In this document: piece by piece, positions 16,500-31,400 of the stretch | Layout of the letters: each line of letters opens with the position of its first letter | Numbering within the stretch: position 1 is the stretch's first letter | Sequence record: NC_048182.1 | Length of the DNA: 64,000 nt | Strand: one strand, 5' to 3' | The notes under the pieces: model-generated | What the model saw: the letters and a program-made list of their open reading frames with translations, nothing else | Database searches by the model: none | What the model was told of the DNA's origin: nothing | Program-made: the position numbers and the translations under genes

Positions 16500-19400
16500 T
16501 TAGTTAGGTAAGTAGACAGACTGATTTAACGTCACAGGATTATCCTGGTTCCCACGACCTGTTGTTTCGAACCCGTCATTTGAAGCCAACGGAGTCGGAA
16601 CCGTAAAGGTAGTGTTAACAACAGTGAGATAATCCACACCTTCCACAGTGACTACCATACTGATTGGGACTGTACCATTGGTCAAGTCTCCAGCCTTACG
16701 GGTTACCACCATAGAGAAGTTATCGCCTGGATACTGTTTCACATTAGCTACTGATTCCACAATCGCGCTGTTAAACGTAATTGTTTTGAACCCGACACCT
16801 TCGATGTTAGCAATATCAACAATCGGTCCACCGTTAGTTCCACGCACCTGAGTCAGATCAAAGAACACTTCAACTGGGTCGTTACCAACTTCGTTAGTGA
16901 TATTTTTGACTGTCAGAGATTCTTGCGGGATGGTTATTTGTGTTGCATTGATGTTGTACCAATTGTTATCAACTCTAATGACACCTTGAAGAGTGACAGT
17001 ACCACCAGTCCACCCTGTTGTCATTGCCACGTAACGCTTTCTATTTCCGCTTGGATCGTTAGGTGCTTGGTTAGATGGAACATTAAGCACCGGCTTTTGG
17101 CTACCAGTAGGAGTGATTACTTCAACGTAGTGTTCATAAGAATCACCAAGTCCATAACCTTCACCCGCTTGGTTACCAATAGTGCCAATCCATTTGGTAT
17201 CTGCGTTTTTGGCCGGAAGAGATGTAGTCCAGAATGCGGAAGTCCAATCAGCTTGTGGTGGTGCTACAAATTTGACGAACACCTGCAAGGTGGATTTCTT
17301 CCCAGGTTGATCAATTAACTCAGCAGTGATGTTATTACTACCCACCACGCCAAGCGCCTGGTTAATACCAGCGACCCAGAAGTTTGTCTGGTCTACAAAC
17401 TGACGACGCAGAGCAAGTGAAATAGTACCAAAGGTGATGGTCCATTTGACATTCGGGTCATTGTTAGCCAGTAACTGGTCACCATACATTAAGGTAAGTG
17501 GGAGTTTAGCCGGAGAAAGAAGACTAATATCCACTGGAGCAGCCGAACTACCACCCACGGTACTTGTGAGTTTCAGTTGCGGAGTCTGCAAAACGACATT
17601 GACCGTGTAATTCTGGTCAATCCCGTTAATGCGGATAATACCGGTAAGAGTACCTGCTCCCACATTACCAGTCGGAACAATATCGATAGAGTACGGGAAG
17701 TTAGCGTCACCACTTGCGCTGATAGGACCAGCAGAAGCAATTTCACCACCCGTAACAATTTCTCCAAATGCTCCGGTAGGGAATGATACCTTAGAACTGC
17801 CTTGCATTTGCTCTAACTTGAATTTAACCGTGATTGGTGTTAACTCAGGGTTATACTCTTGTTTCTCAGTCGTACCAGTAACTGGAGCTTGTGCAATATT
17901 GTTAAAGGTATTATTGACTTTCCACCAACCTTTATAGTTAGCATCACCGGAAGCAATAAACCCTGTGATGTTTAAGCCAGTACCTGTCCAGCCGGTAGTG
18001 ACATCAGCACCAATTAGTTTACGATCAGATGGCGTTACATATTGCATTGGACTCTGTGTAAGTATAGAGTTTCCATTAGCGGGAACGCTGGTTAATTTCA
18101 GATCGCTAAAGTTATCGATGTTCACTATTGTCGCAGCAATACGAACCTGGAACTGAAGCTGTTTAGCCTCATTAGCGACTGCCTGAGTTGTTGACAATGC
18201 TGTTGCGCTTGTACTAGTATTATCAGAAAGAGTAGTCGTCAGTGACGATGTCTTAACTGTACCAGTAGGTACGTAGGTAATGGTTATTGGTGAATTAATA
18301 CTTCCTTTACCATGTGTAATCGCAATCAGTATGTTGTCACCGACTGCATCAAAAATACTTGATGAGCGGGTAAACTTAATATCAGGGCTTGTTGGACGAA
18401 CACGCTGAGTACCGTACCATGCAGTCATTGCTATAGATATGTACTGATTGGTGTGGTATTTGTAGTCTATTCCAAGGACAGGTAACGGCTCAAGTACAAA
18501 CCGAGGAGAGCTGGTAATAGACAGTTCCTCTCCGTTAGACTTATCGCTTTCGAAGTTAACAAACACCTGGACATTATCGAGAGTGTCTTCATCCACTTTC
18601 TTAACGAACTTAAAGTTCATTTTTCCAGAAGCTGAGTTAACATACTCGATGACACCAGCAGGTACAGTGGTAATGGTCACGCCTGTTTGTGTTACGTTAA
18701 ACGTAGTTCCGTTATTGGTGCAGGTATAAGGAACACCGATTGCCGCATCACCGAAACCACCAGTAAATGCTTTTCCACCAGTAAAGGTTAGAACAAGATT
18801 ATTCTTAGCTTTAAAGGTTACCGAAGCAGCTTTAGTGATATACGGCGTCACATTACCCACATTTTGCTTGGTCAGCTGGAATACAGCATCACCTACAAAT
18901 TGTGGAGAACTCGACGTGTGGGTGTACTCTATCACCAACTTACCGTCTTGTACCACGGCCTCGCTAAAGCTTAGCCCAGTAATCGTCGGTGAATTAATGG
19001 TGACTTCTGTCACACCCAACCCAGCCCATTCCAGATCAAATTCAATATGTCCTGTTTCCCCTGGTGCATAAGCAACCGGAGTTGGGGAGTAATTAACAAC
19101 CCAAGTATCACGGTAAGTTGGGAAGCCAGGTCCTGCCCAATAGAACATTTGCTGGACAGGCATATCGATGAAAGTATCGCGGAATGGAATTTTCAGAGCA
19201 TATATGAGGGTCTTAGTTGCGGCCTGGCCACTCACTGGACCGTTAACAACCCAGAACCATTTACCCACCGCTTTATGTTCCTCAGGAATTTCAAGGATCC
19301 AGTCATTAGCTGTAACGTTAGTGACTTCACATAAAGTAGAAATATCCGTAGTACCCGACATAATCGTCAAGGTGTTTGGGGTGATACCATACAGATATTC

Positions 19401-22400
19401 TCTTAATCCAAATGTTGGATTAGCGGTAATACGCGGATAGTCAGAAGGATCGGTAATTGTCATTGGCTGATCGAACTCACCTTTGGCAACTATACCAGGA
19501 CTGACTTCATATTCCACTTTAACGTTTACAGTCTTAGGACCTTTCTCACCCAGTGGAGTCGTAATCTCATAAAGGAAACTAGATACCTTAAACTCAGTGA
19601 TGGTAAAGTCACTTGCAACTGTGAAGGTCAGTTTACTGTCATTAACCGCAACATTATTTCCGTTGTGAGTAATAACTAAACCTGCACTACCTGTATCGAG
19701 GTTACCACCAATAATGGTTCCGATACCTGAGAACTCAAGAGGTGGAACAGCCGTTTTCAGATTGACCGTCAACTCTTGTTTGTGTGTTTCACCATACGCA
19801 GTCAGAATGATATCCGCCGTAAAGGTTTCATCAGCCGTTGCGTCTTTGATTACTTTAACCACAATCTCATCAGCAGAAACACTGACGATCTCAACCCACT
19901 CAGCCGGATTAGCAGTGATGGTCACTGCGGCATGGTTCAGTGGAAGGTTTGCACCTTGGTAGGTGGCAGAAGCACCCAGGTTTACAGTCTCTTGTTCAAA
20001 AGCATCAACCACGTCATCAACCAGAATGAATTCTACTTGAGACGGATCAGCGGCTTTCAATTTCAAAGTTACTGGATAAACAACACCGTCTTCATCAGTA
20101 ATGGTACCTTTAACCAATACATCACCTGTAGTTCCTGTCCCTTTCAGACTAATGAACTGAGTATGAGTTACTGGGTCTTTGATTCCATTAGCCACATAAG
20201 TAGCTGGACCTTCGATGGATGTGTAAACGAAGGTACTAATAAAGCGATACAATCCAGACTTACGAGCCTGAGTTAAGCGGAAGTCCACAGAAGTTGTTTT
20301 CTCTGTGCTGGTATTCACTTCGTTATTATCAATAGTCGAAAGCACCGGAGCGCCTGGGAGGTTTTGAGTAACGAAGCTTACTGGTAAGCGAGAACGATGG
20401 ATAGGAGCGCCATACGTCGCACCAGTGGTTAATTCCACGGTATCCAAAGTAATCGGTGTATTGATTTCAATGGTTCCAGGTTTATGACTCAACTCAACAG
20501 GAACGTGGTAACGACCTACTGAATCACGTTTTAAACCAGCTAATGGAATAGTAGAAGTTACCAACCCACTGCTCTTGTCTCTGATAACCAATTGACCATA
20601 AAGAACTGCAGCATTATCTAAAGTCCAGTTAGGACCTTTGAATGGGGTAGGGGTCGAACCCTGGGTAACCCAGTCGTACTCTGGTTGAGCTACGGTGAAC
20701 AGGAATTCACCAGCAACGTTAGCCTGAGGGACTTTATACTCACTCGCTGCAGTTGTTGATGCAGTGGCGCTGTAAGTGGACAGAGAGTGGTAAGTAGAGT
20801 ACTTGACACCTTTATAAGTGAAATCGAAATAGAAATTCACCCATGCAGTGCTTTTGAATCTGACAACCACACCGCTAGCAACACGTTCAACAATTTCCAA
20901 CTTAGCAGCCGCACCAGGTGAAGTATCACCATCACGCAACGCAATAGCTGTGAAATCAGAACTGGTGATTGGAACAGCGACCTCATTATAGAAAGCATCG
21001 AAGTTCACGTAATAAACATCACCGACTGCCCCACCAAGGTTAACATCTGTGTTACTTCTTGCCATGATGGTCAGAGTGTTGGCCGTACCCACAAGCAGAC
21101 GAACGTAAGAATACGCATACGTTTTGTTCAGTACTGGGGTATCACCACTCGTCGGACTGTACTTACATGAAACAACCAAGTTGGTATTAGCGGAAGCTAC
21201 TGTGGTTTTAATCACAAAGACTTTGCTGAACCCATCAGGGTCGTTGGTTACACTGGTTACTGTGTTTGGAGCAGGGATAGAACTATGATCAGGGTCGTGT
21301 TCAAAGTCCGTGTTAGGGACCAACAATCCTAAACGTTCCATTCTTACTTTGACTGTCAGGGAATTTCCACCAATTACAGAGGTAGGAGCAACCGGAGTGA
21401 CAGTAGCTACTTTTAACGTATTACCGCTAAACTTCAGAATAGTCATTGGAACTTCTACAACCATTTCGGTTTCGAAGCCAGCATCCTGAACAGTAATAGT
21501 AAAGCGCGCAGTACCAGTAACATCTACAGTTGTGTCTTTATAGATCACAGTGTAGGTGTCGTCACTATTGAGTTTGAAGTATGAAGTATTGCTGTTGAGC
21601 ATCAAACCAGTCAGAACCGCAGTATCAGAGATATCGCGACCATCCAACCCACTCAGAACCTTGAACGGTAATTTATACGTCTTACCATCTTCGACTTCAG
21701 CATCCGTTACATCAGCAACCGTAGGGTTACCCTCAACAGTTTGTTGTGTTAGTGTTAATGGGACCGTAATCTTAGCAACGCCTTTGTATTCAAAGATAAC
21801 ACTTGGGCGATGAGTAGTCTCAGCAGTAATTGTCTCCAGGAAGCGATAAGAGATACTCTCAGGATAAACCGTAGAGATACCAACTTTAGTACCTGATGAC
21901 ATTGAGATTTTCAGATTAGGATCATCATTTTCTAACACAACCCCGTTATAGCTAACTTGTTGCTGGAGAAGCGCTGGTGCGTATTGTGTACCAGTGCCCA
22001 CTGTTTCAAACGGAGAAACAGTTTCCAGAACAATCAGCATCACTTCGATCCCTAAGGTTACGTCTTTCCAGTCATATCCTTCAACCGGAGTTGCGTTACC
22101 ATTTTTCACTTTGAACCGCAGTACAACATTACCGCTAGCCAAAGAGGAACCGCCTGTGTAGTTAACAGTGATGGATCCATCACTATTCGGGGTTGTGCCA
22201 TCCACGGTGATTAACGTACCGAGCTGACTATTAGCCAGATCAAGTTCAACGTTATCAGCCAGGTTGTTCGATCCCCAAGAACCTGTGAACTTCATTGAAC
22301 CTGGTTTACCAACACCAACTGTAGCAGAGGCCGCAGCAGGATGGATATCCAGAACCGCATCGTTAAATGGCGCGATAACAAAGTTGGCAGATTGCTCTAA

Positions 22401-25400
22401 GGAGAACTGAATACCTTTAGCAATAACTTTAAAGGCAAACTTAACTGGAGCTGTTACACCAGCCACTTCCGACTTAATGACTTCCCAGACATTCGCATCA
22501 CCGGTATTGAACGCAGTTTGCTGAACGTACTTCCCACCCGTGACAACAATGTCAGTAATGGTACTGGTTAAGTCTACCCCATCATGCATAACCGTAAACG
22601 GTACTTTACCTTTCTGGGATACAACAACATTAGGAGATAAAACATTTTCAATTGTCGGTTTAACGACAGTCGTCAATTGTTTCACTTTCATGTTGAAGGC
22701 GTTGGCTGCAACAGGAGTGTCAATGCTTCTGGCGGTAACAATTACATTGGTCTCTACGTATTCTTGTGTTATGTCTTTCTTGAACGTGAAGTTAATACCG
22801 TCACCAGTAGGGAAATAACTGGCTACAGCAACCTCAGTATCAGGAGCAAGAGAATAAACACGAACAAGGTCATTGGAAGACACACCCCATGCTTTTTCAG
22901 CTAACCCAATACGCACACGACAGTTAAACGGAATGGTATCACCAAACTTACCAGTAATACCTTCATCCTGACTGATGACCAGAACCTTATTACCGTACCC
23001 CAACATAGGGACGTCAAGAAGAACGTAGTCAACACCAGCAACCCCACCTGTTGGGCCAGCAGCAGTTCTGTAAACACGGAACTGGTAGGTGATAGGGTTA
23101 GGTTGTGTTGCAGCAGCGGCTGTACCATCAATAACCATGTAAATCTGGGCTGGTTGGTTGGTAGTAACAGTTCTGACTGTCCAGTAAGGACTTCCACCGT
23201 TTGGTCCGGCTAAAGAGTAGGTGCTTGCAGGGATTGGTTCACCGCGATAGAACACATCGAAATAAATTCCCGAGTTCCCGCCACTCAACACCCCAACAAC
23301 TCTTTCAGGCCACCATGTTAATGAAGTAAAGTTTCCATCACGCACATTGGCATACAGTTCTTGACCGCTATACTGAGCGATGTTAAAACGAACTGTAACA
23401 TTTTTGGTTACCCGATATCCTACATCTCCAACCACAACAGCAAATGTTACATCGGAAGTGATTGGCTTGGTAGGATCACCAGCAATAACAACCCATGTGG
23501 TTAATGCCGCTGGGGCATTGGCCATTTTAACATTTGAGTTATCAACAATACTTACAGACTTAACTGACCAGCCAGACGGTAGTGTAGTGGACCCATTGAC
23601 AGCAACATCAAACGGCAATGGTCCGCGTTCCCATACCTTGGCACTTACCGCATGTGGGTTATCCAGGGTCAACACAGGAACTGCTGCACCTGCACCACGA
23701 AGGTTAACCTTCTGCATATACGTTTTGGTATATGTTACAGACCCGATTATGACCGAGAAAGTAATTGATGCCTGGTAATGAAGATCTTGATACTTGTTGA
23801 TATAAAGGTTACGAAGAGGGAACCGTGTTACTTCTTTGGCTGGGCTATTATTAAGCGGTGTACTGACTACAGTGTTATCGCTTAACGTTATTGTGGTATT
23901 CACATAACTGATTGGAGTACGACCAAATTTCAACTGTCTTTCGACATATCCAATCTGATTCCCAAGCGTTGAAGCATCAATGGTAATCTCATCTGGCTCA
24001 ACTTCACCGACCCAAGTCAACTCAGGTTCAAAGACTTCATAGTAAACATCAAAAGTCTGACGGTTCTTACCTTCCGTACCTGGCGGGTATCCGTTAGGAA
24101 GACTCGTGTTGTTTCCTGCAAAATCAACAGCAAGTTTACCCTTGACATAACCATTGGTCAAGCCATTGATACTTGCGGTAAACTGTGTACCACCTGCTGA
24201 GTTATTAGTTGCACTGACGATGTTGTACGATGCGATTAAGCCCAAATCCAAACGAGAGTAAGTTGTGATTTGACCACCTGGGTTACCCCAAGTAGGGTTA
24301 TCCGCATTACGGGTTTGAGAAGACATCGTTAAGTTGACTTTCAAACCACGTCCAATCGAGATAATTGGAAGTCCATCATCAGCAACTGGGAACGTATCAA
24401 GCGGAACGGTTGCTTTAAACTGCTGTTGGTCCCAAGCTTTGAAGTTGACCGGAGCCATTACTTCAAGAGTTTGTCCAGCAAATGCACCTTTCGTGAAAGT
24501 CACAATGAACTTCATCGTTTTCAGTGTATCTACTTTTGCAGCGTCGATCACCTGATAAACTGGACCAGTAGTAGAAGTAAGAGTCTTGTTACGCACCCAT
24601 ACATCTGGAAGGGTTGACGAAGCCGTCAGTCCATCCATAAGGTTTGTAGTGCCTGACATCAACGTAAATGGCGCAGGATAGTTTCCGTAGATGTCCCAGT
24701 TTGGAGGAGTATCAGGGAGAACAATACGAACGTTAGGAATAACCGACACGTTCATTTTCAAGCGGTTGATATTGTCAGTATACGTATCGAATCCTGGGAG
24801 ATCCCAGCAGAAGACCAACGTGTTGGTTTCTTCTTTCAATGCCGTATAGTTAACAGTGATAGTGGATGTAGCGTTATCAATATCAAAACTATTAACAGAG
24901 ATAACACCTTTCAAATCACTTACACTGTCATTCATAACCGGGACAACAGTCTTTTCCCCACGATAAGTTAGGTTGAACTGAATTGAACCAGTTTCTCCTG
25001 CTTTCAAGAACACAGGGTTTGGTTTATAAGTGCCTGTTAAATGAGCTGGGTTGGCCGGGACACCATACATGTACCACTCGATGGTGTGACTAAGATCAAC
25101 CGTACCTCCACGGAATGGAGCTTTAAAGATCCAATACTGTCTGGAGTACAACCCACCTATTACATCAGCCCCACGGATACACTGAACCCAGTTCACGTTA
25201 GTGGTAGCGAAAGGATCAAGTATCTGACAGAATTCTATCCCTCTGTTAGGGTCATTTTTGAATTCCGTCATTTGAGAAGTAATGTCATTACTGCCAGACG
25301 TAATCTTAAACAGCTGACCAAACTTCTTCCACAAGACCAATGGGTTACCTGGACCACCTCCAACCAAACCAGTAACAACTGGGTAGTCGGCAGGGTTAAC

Positions 25401-28400
25401 ATAAGTAACCGGAACTGCTTGGGTACCTTCGTGAGTTAAACCAGTACCTGGATCGGTATAAGCGTATTTGAAGTTGGCAGTGAACTTAGAGTTAATTGCC
25501 GTGTTCAGAGGGAGCTTACAACGATAGGTTAATGAGGTAGCTGTTTTAGTCTCAATGGTTAAGACATCGGGATCCAGCGCAGTGATAACCAGGTTAGGGT
25601 CATTGACTGGAATGTTGAGTGTGTTTAACTTAACCGTAACCGTACCGGAAGGCTTCACGTCATCATTACCAGCACTGATTGCAGCAGGAGCACTGAGTGT
25701 CAGCGGCCTAACTTTAACATCAAAAATTATAGGACGGGTGTAGTAATCGTAATAAAGTTCTTTTGGATCTTTATACGGGAAGGTATCAAGGTTAATGAAA
25801 CGATCAAACCACAGTGACGCGTTGTACGTTCCAGGCAACATCCCTTTTAAAGTAAAGTAACGCCAGTAGTAACCACCAAAACTAGTAGTCCTGCTAGTGT
25901 ACTCTAATGTTGCCACACCACTAAGGTCACTCTGTTCCGTATTAAGGAAATCACCAGGAGCACCAAAACCACCTGCACGGAATTTCTCAGAAATTAACAC
26001 ATCTAAGGTTTCCCCAACAAACACAGAAAGTGTTGTAGGTTCTGAGTTAATCACTACCTTATATGTCTTCTGGTCCCAAGCTGGAAGCTGGTAGGTGATG
26101 TCGTGGTCAACTGTCCATGGATACCCACGGTAGGTTGAACTGAATGTGGTAGTGACCACGGTATTGGTCGCCACTTGTTCAGCGTACTCGGCACGGTACT
26201 TTTTACCGGTGTAAACAATGTACTTCGATTTGACACCGTTTTGAGTAACTGTACCTGTCGCTGTCCATGTTGATGCCAAATCAAGACCATCGCACATAAA
26301 GCTCAGTGCTGAGAGATCTTTATCAACAAACATGTCAGCCAGCAAGATTGGGTAAACATCTTTCCCGCTTGCTACCATTGCGCTTGAGGTATACCCCAGA
26401 GGAACTTCGACTTCACGTGTATAGGTTTGACCGCCGTACTTATAAGCCAACTGAAGAATCTCTTTGGTCTCAGCACGATTACCAACCCACAACGGCCCAG
26501 CTAATTTGTAGTTAAAGGTATCAGCACCTGTTCCGGTAATAGTCATTACCTGAGCATTTCGGTCAGTCGCGTTATACGACTTAACGTTAATGGTCAGAAG
26601 ACCTTTACCTATTTCGGCATTAGTATCCAGAGGGAGACCGCCAAACAGGATTTCAAGCTTGTATGTACCGGTGTCGTTGTGTTTACCTTCAATCAGGTTA
26701 TCACGATTACCGATTTCAATACCAGGTTCACCCATGATACGTACTTGGATGTCCCCTTCCCAAGACAGCAACTCTGGACTAACTTCCCCAGCGCCTTCTT
26801 GATACTGCCAAATGAACTTACACTGACCAACACCTTCAGCGTCACCAGAAAGAGTAACGATGGTCCACTCTGTGTTATTAGGATCCTTCTTAACCTCAGT
26901 GATCGATACCTGTGCAGGAATCGTTGAGAGGTCTTGCCTAAAGACAGCGGTAGAAGCCGGTAAGTCTTTGTACAGCGGACGGAACCGAACATCACGGGTC
27001 TCGCCTAACACGCCTTCAGAAACTGTCGGAGTAAACTGACAGTAGAAGCGAGGTTGTACGTGACCAACGATATTTAACGTGGTGTCAAAACGGAAGGTCT
27101 GTGGTTCTGCCACACCTTTCAATGTGTACGTCAGTTCCAGGGGAACTGTCACATCAGAAGTGGTTGGAGGAGCACCCACTACTTCAAAGGAGAAGGCGGT
27201 GTACATTTCCACGTACTGGTTAGGGACAGTCTGAGGAACAATACTTTCACGAGTGGTTGGTGCAATAACACCACCGGTACCGCTTTGGTTAAAGTTCAGA
27301 GACTGACGGAAAGTAGCACGGTCATAAATTGACAGAGTTAACTTGTCGTTATTTGTAAGCGTCGGGATTGGAGTTGTAATGCGGGTGTTGAATTGAACCT
27401 TCAACGTTTTAGGCGTGGCCGCCCCAACATCGTAACTAACTTCGATCTCATCCAGATAAGATTTCTTCGTACCAGGAATAGAAGCAAGATCAGCTCTCAG
27501 AACAACGCCATTTCCATCACGAGATGTAATCACAACACCTTGGTCACCAGCAGCGGTGACTTTGTACGACAGACCAGGAGCATTACCAGCCAACTCATAA
27601 TCGCCATATTTAACCTTGATAGGCAAGGTCCCTGTTGTCATCCAGTCGAGTTCAATTTCATCATCGTTAGAAACGAGAGTGAAAGCTTCATCGGAGGAAG
27701 TAGAAATAACAGGCAGCGTTACAATAACGAAATCTTTACCCTCTACCGGAGTCTGACTACCCCCAACACGGTTGAACCGGAATTGAGCAGTATCCTGACC
27801 TTGACCTTTTAAGGTATACGGTAATTGAGAGTTAGTTAATTGACCAATTAACAGGTTAGCTGGGATAATTGATGCAGGATCCAAAGTAACGCCATGAATG
27901 ACATCGCCTTTATATTTGAACACAAATTCTGCAACAGCTTGATCGCCTGCCTTACCTTCCAGTTTAGACTGAACCGGAGTACCAACAAAATCAATACCAT
28001 CAAACTGAGTGATGTTGAACGTAATCTCAGTATCGATAGTGTACGCGTTTCCACCAATTTCATAACTTAGTGTCAGAGGAAGCTTGGTAACAACTGCTTG
28101 TGTCTCATCACCCTTAACAACGTAATAACTGTTAGGAGCAACAAAGGCAACAAAGTTGTTTGTGCCGTTTGGTGTATACAGGGTAATTGGAATTTCTTTA
28201 CCACGTGAATCAACCAATTTAACACGGAACTGCCCGCGGTCATATACTTTCACTTGCGTGACAGGATTTGAACCAACAGCGACAGTAGGAACTTTGATTT
28301 CAGTTGGAACAATAAGTTCATTACTGCTTACGGCCTGAGTATCCGGATCGGTATATTCGGCATGAACAGTAAACTGACAGTTATAGGTCGTACCTTGTAA

Positions 28401-31400
28401 CCCACCTTGGTCAAGACTGATACGCAATTTATCAGCTTGTTTCTCAACAAGAGATGTCGAACCAGTAGGAGCCGCGGTGTAAGTAATAGCAAGGTTGTTG
28501 TTACTGACCGGAACACCAGAATAGTTGTACTTCAGTACAAAGTCCAGCACATCGGTATGATAACCTGACAAAGTGCTTTGCTTACTTTCAAGGTTAAGCC
28601 CAGGTGCCCATTTAACATCAACGGTCATTGGAACTGTAACAGTATCAGACTGAGTTGGATGCATAAACACCAAAGTCATCGGATACTTATAACCGCGTTT
28701 TAAACGATACTTGATGATAGCTTTTTCTGATACCGGATCCCAAATAGGCTCGTCAATATCAATGTTGTCAGGAATAACCGAACGTGTACGGTCTAGTCGA
28801 ATACCATTGGTAACGTTATCATACTTATAAGTAAACGTTCCGCTGATTTCACCTTCATCACCTGAGTTACCAACAATGTCAGTAGGAGTCAGGGTATGAC
28901 GGAAAGTGATACCGTCCCAGCCGTCGATGTTAAACGTCTTAGGAACATAAGCGGTAAGCTGAGTATAGTCAACGTTAATGGTGTAGAACATGCGAACGTT
29001 AATGAATTCGCTATGTGGTTGTGTATCTGCACCGATAATGGTCCAGCTACGCCCACCGAAACTAACATACCGGTTAACAGGTAATCCACCACCATTATAG
29101 TTCATCAAGGTAGTGATGTCACGTTTACCGATCATTGCCTTAAAGTTCAGGCTGCCAGTTTCCCACATACGAGTGTTAATAACACCGTCATCAAACTGAG
29201 TAATCACCAGCTGTTGAATACGGATAGTCATATTCAAAACAACCCTGAGTTTCTGTAACTCACCCGTTACCGGATCAGTATAGGAGAACTCATACTCCAT
29301 AGGAGCGTTGTGCGCTGAGTTAGGTCCCTGTAAAGTTGTGTAGGTAAAATCAATGTAATCTTCACCAACAGCAACTTCCGTGACTTGCTTAGTTCCTGGG
29401 TTATTTGGACTGATAATGGCGCGATTTAAATCCAGCAGTGAAATTGGCTCACCGGCAAAACTCAGTTTAAGCGTTGCACGACCAGTTTCATCTAACCAAA
29501 CAGGTTCTGAGGTATCTTGTTCTGTAACACGCAGGACACGAGACTGTTTGATGTTAGCCGTGATGTACATACGACCACGACGATTAGCAGGCAGGTTAGC
29601 CTGTGCTCCGTCTTTAGGATCAGTATAGAACAGTTTAGCTACGCCGCCCTCGACTTCGTCCAGTTTGTAATACGTCCACACCAACATACCGGTGGCATTG
29701 TCATAACGAATACCTTCATTACGCAATTGAGGAGGCATGACTGTACGAGCGCTGTCAAGTACCGCTGTTTTGGTAATCTCTTTGCCGTCAGAATAAACAC
29801 GGAAAGAAACTGTTCCACGCTCGTCTGAATCGCCATCGATACCCCAGTACATCGGGAACACAACAACTTCGGTGTTTACCGCACCATCATCATTGTTACC
29901 TGAACCACCTTGGTCTCCGCCACCGCCACCGCCGGTTTCGCCATCACCACCACCAGGGTTGGTGTTTGGATCCCAGACTTTAATACGAAGTGTGCCTTCG
30001 TAAGACATGTCATGGTTGGCACCGTCGTACGGTTGCTTCCAGGTAAACTTAACAGGAACGACTCTAACAGTATCGGTGGAATACTTGATAAGCCATTCGT
30101 TTCCTTCCCAGGTGACAAACTGATCATCGGCAGCGGCCCAGGTCATATTCAACCCGATTGCTTGTGAAGTTTTATCTTCACCGTTAACCATCACCTTGAA
30201 TAATGGACCACCCTTCTGATAACGAATAACGTCACGAGGGTCATTAAACGGGATTACCTGAACAACAGAAACTTTAGAAATGATAATGTTGATCGTACGG
30301 AACAAAGTGTGTTTAACACCATCATCGGAGAGATAGGTAAACTTCTGCTCAAACGAATCTTCAATATCTTCGCCAGGCTTTTGAGAATCACGAATAACCG
30401 TATAGTTAACCGCATCAGCAGTTGCACTGTCCACACGGATCAACTGGTGAAGGTCACCACGAGGACCTGGAAGGATCCCAAGGTTATACGCAGGGACAGG
30501 GGTGTCACCGTAGAAGGCTTTCACCTCCATTTGCTTCTGGTCGTCGATATAACCGCGAAGCGTGGTGGTCAGTCCTTTAATGCCGAACACAGGTTTACTA
30601 TCAGCACGCACTAACTCAAAGTTAATGTACGCTGGAGCTTGATAAGGTGTAGAACCATCAACGTAGTTAAACGTTGCGATGTACAGATCCTTATCGGTTT
30701 CCAAACCTAAAGGCGGAACCCCTGTAATCTTACCAGCGTAAATCATCCCACCATCAGACAGTGTTTCCACATACGTCAGATCACCGTATTTCTTAGGTGA
30801 GGCAAATGTACTTGGTGGAGAAGGGATAGTGATAGGCTGACCTTTAAAGAAACCATACACAGTAACCTGAACATCATCACCACGAGCTGCTTTAATAGTA
30901 GCAGGTCGAACTTCAAACGTCAGATCAAAAGCAGTGTCTTTATCGATGCGCACTTGAATACGGAAAGTACGACGAACAGGACGACCGTTGTACATGTGAG
31001 TAACACGCACGATGATCTGGTCTGTAACTGGGTTATCAGATGAACCAAAGATGGTTTCACCGGTGATGGACAGTTTGTCGTCAGAACGAGTAGGGATGGT
31101 GTAACCAGCCGCTGTTGTGATTTCAACTGTTGCTGTCTGAGTAATATCCAGCGTTCCACCAAACCAATAGGTATTAGGGATACTGAAGTTATCACCACGA
31201 GATGTCGTAATAAACTCAGGAAGGTTAGAGGTGATGACTGGAAGATTCGCTTCCACCAAGACCAGTTCTTGAATGAACAGTGGATAAATACCAACACCAA
31301 TAGACGGGTCAGTAATGGTTACTGTACCTGACTCAATAGTGTCGTAATCAATCCAATCCAGACTTTCGCGTTCTGTCTTATACTGACCAAAGAACAAATC

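Noticed and set aside
16484-16530. Programmed frameshift fusing the two giant ORFs as the main explanation
   Set aside because: No classic slippery heptamer seen, the downstream gene has its own SD, and fusion would duplicate a strand; kept only as an alternative
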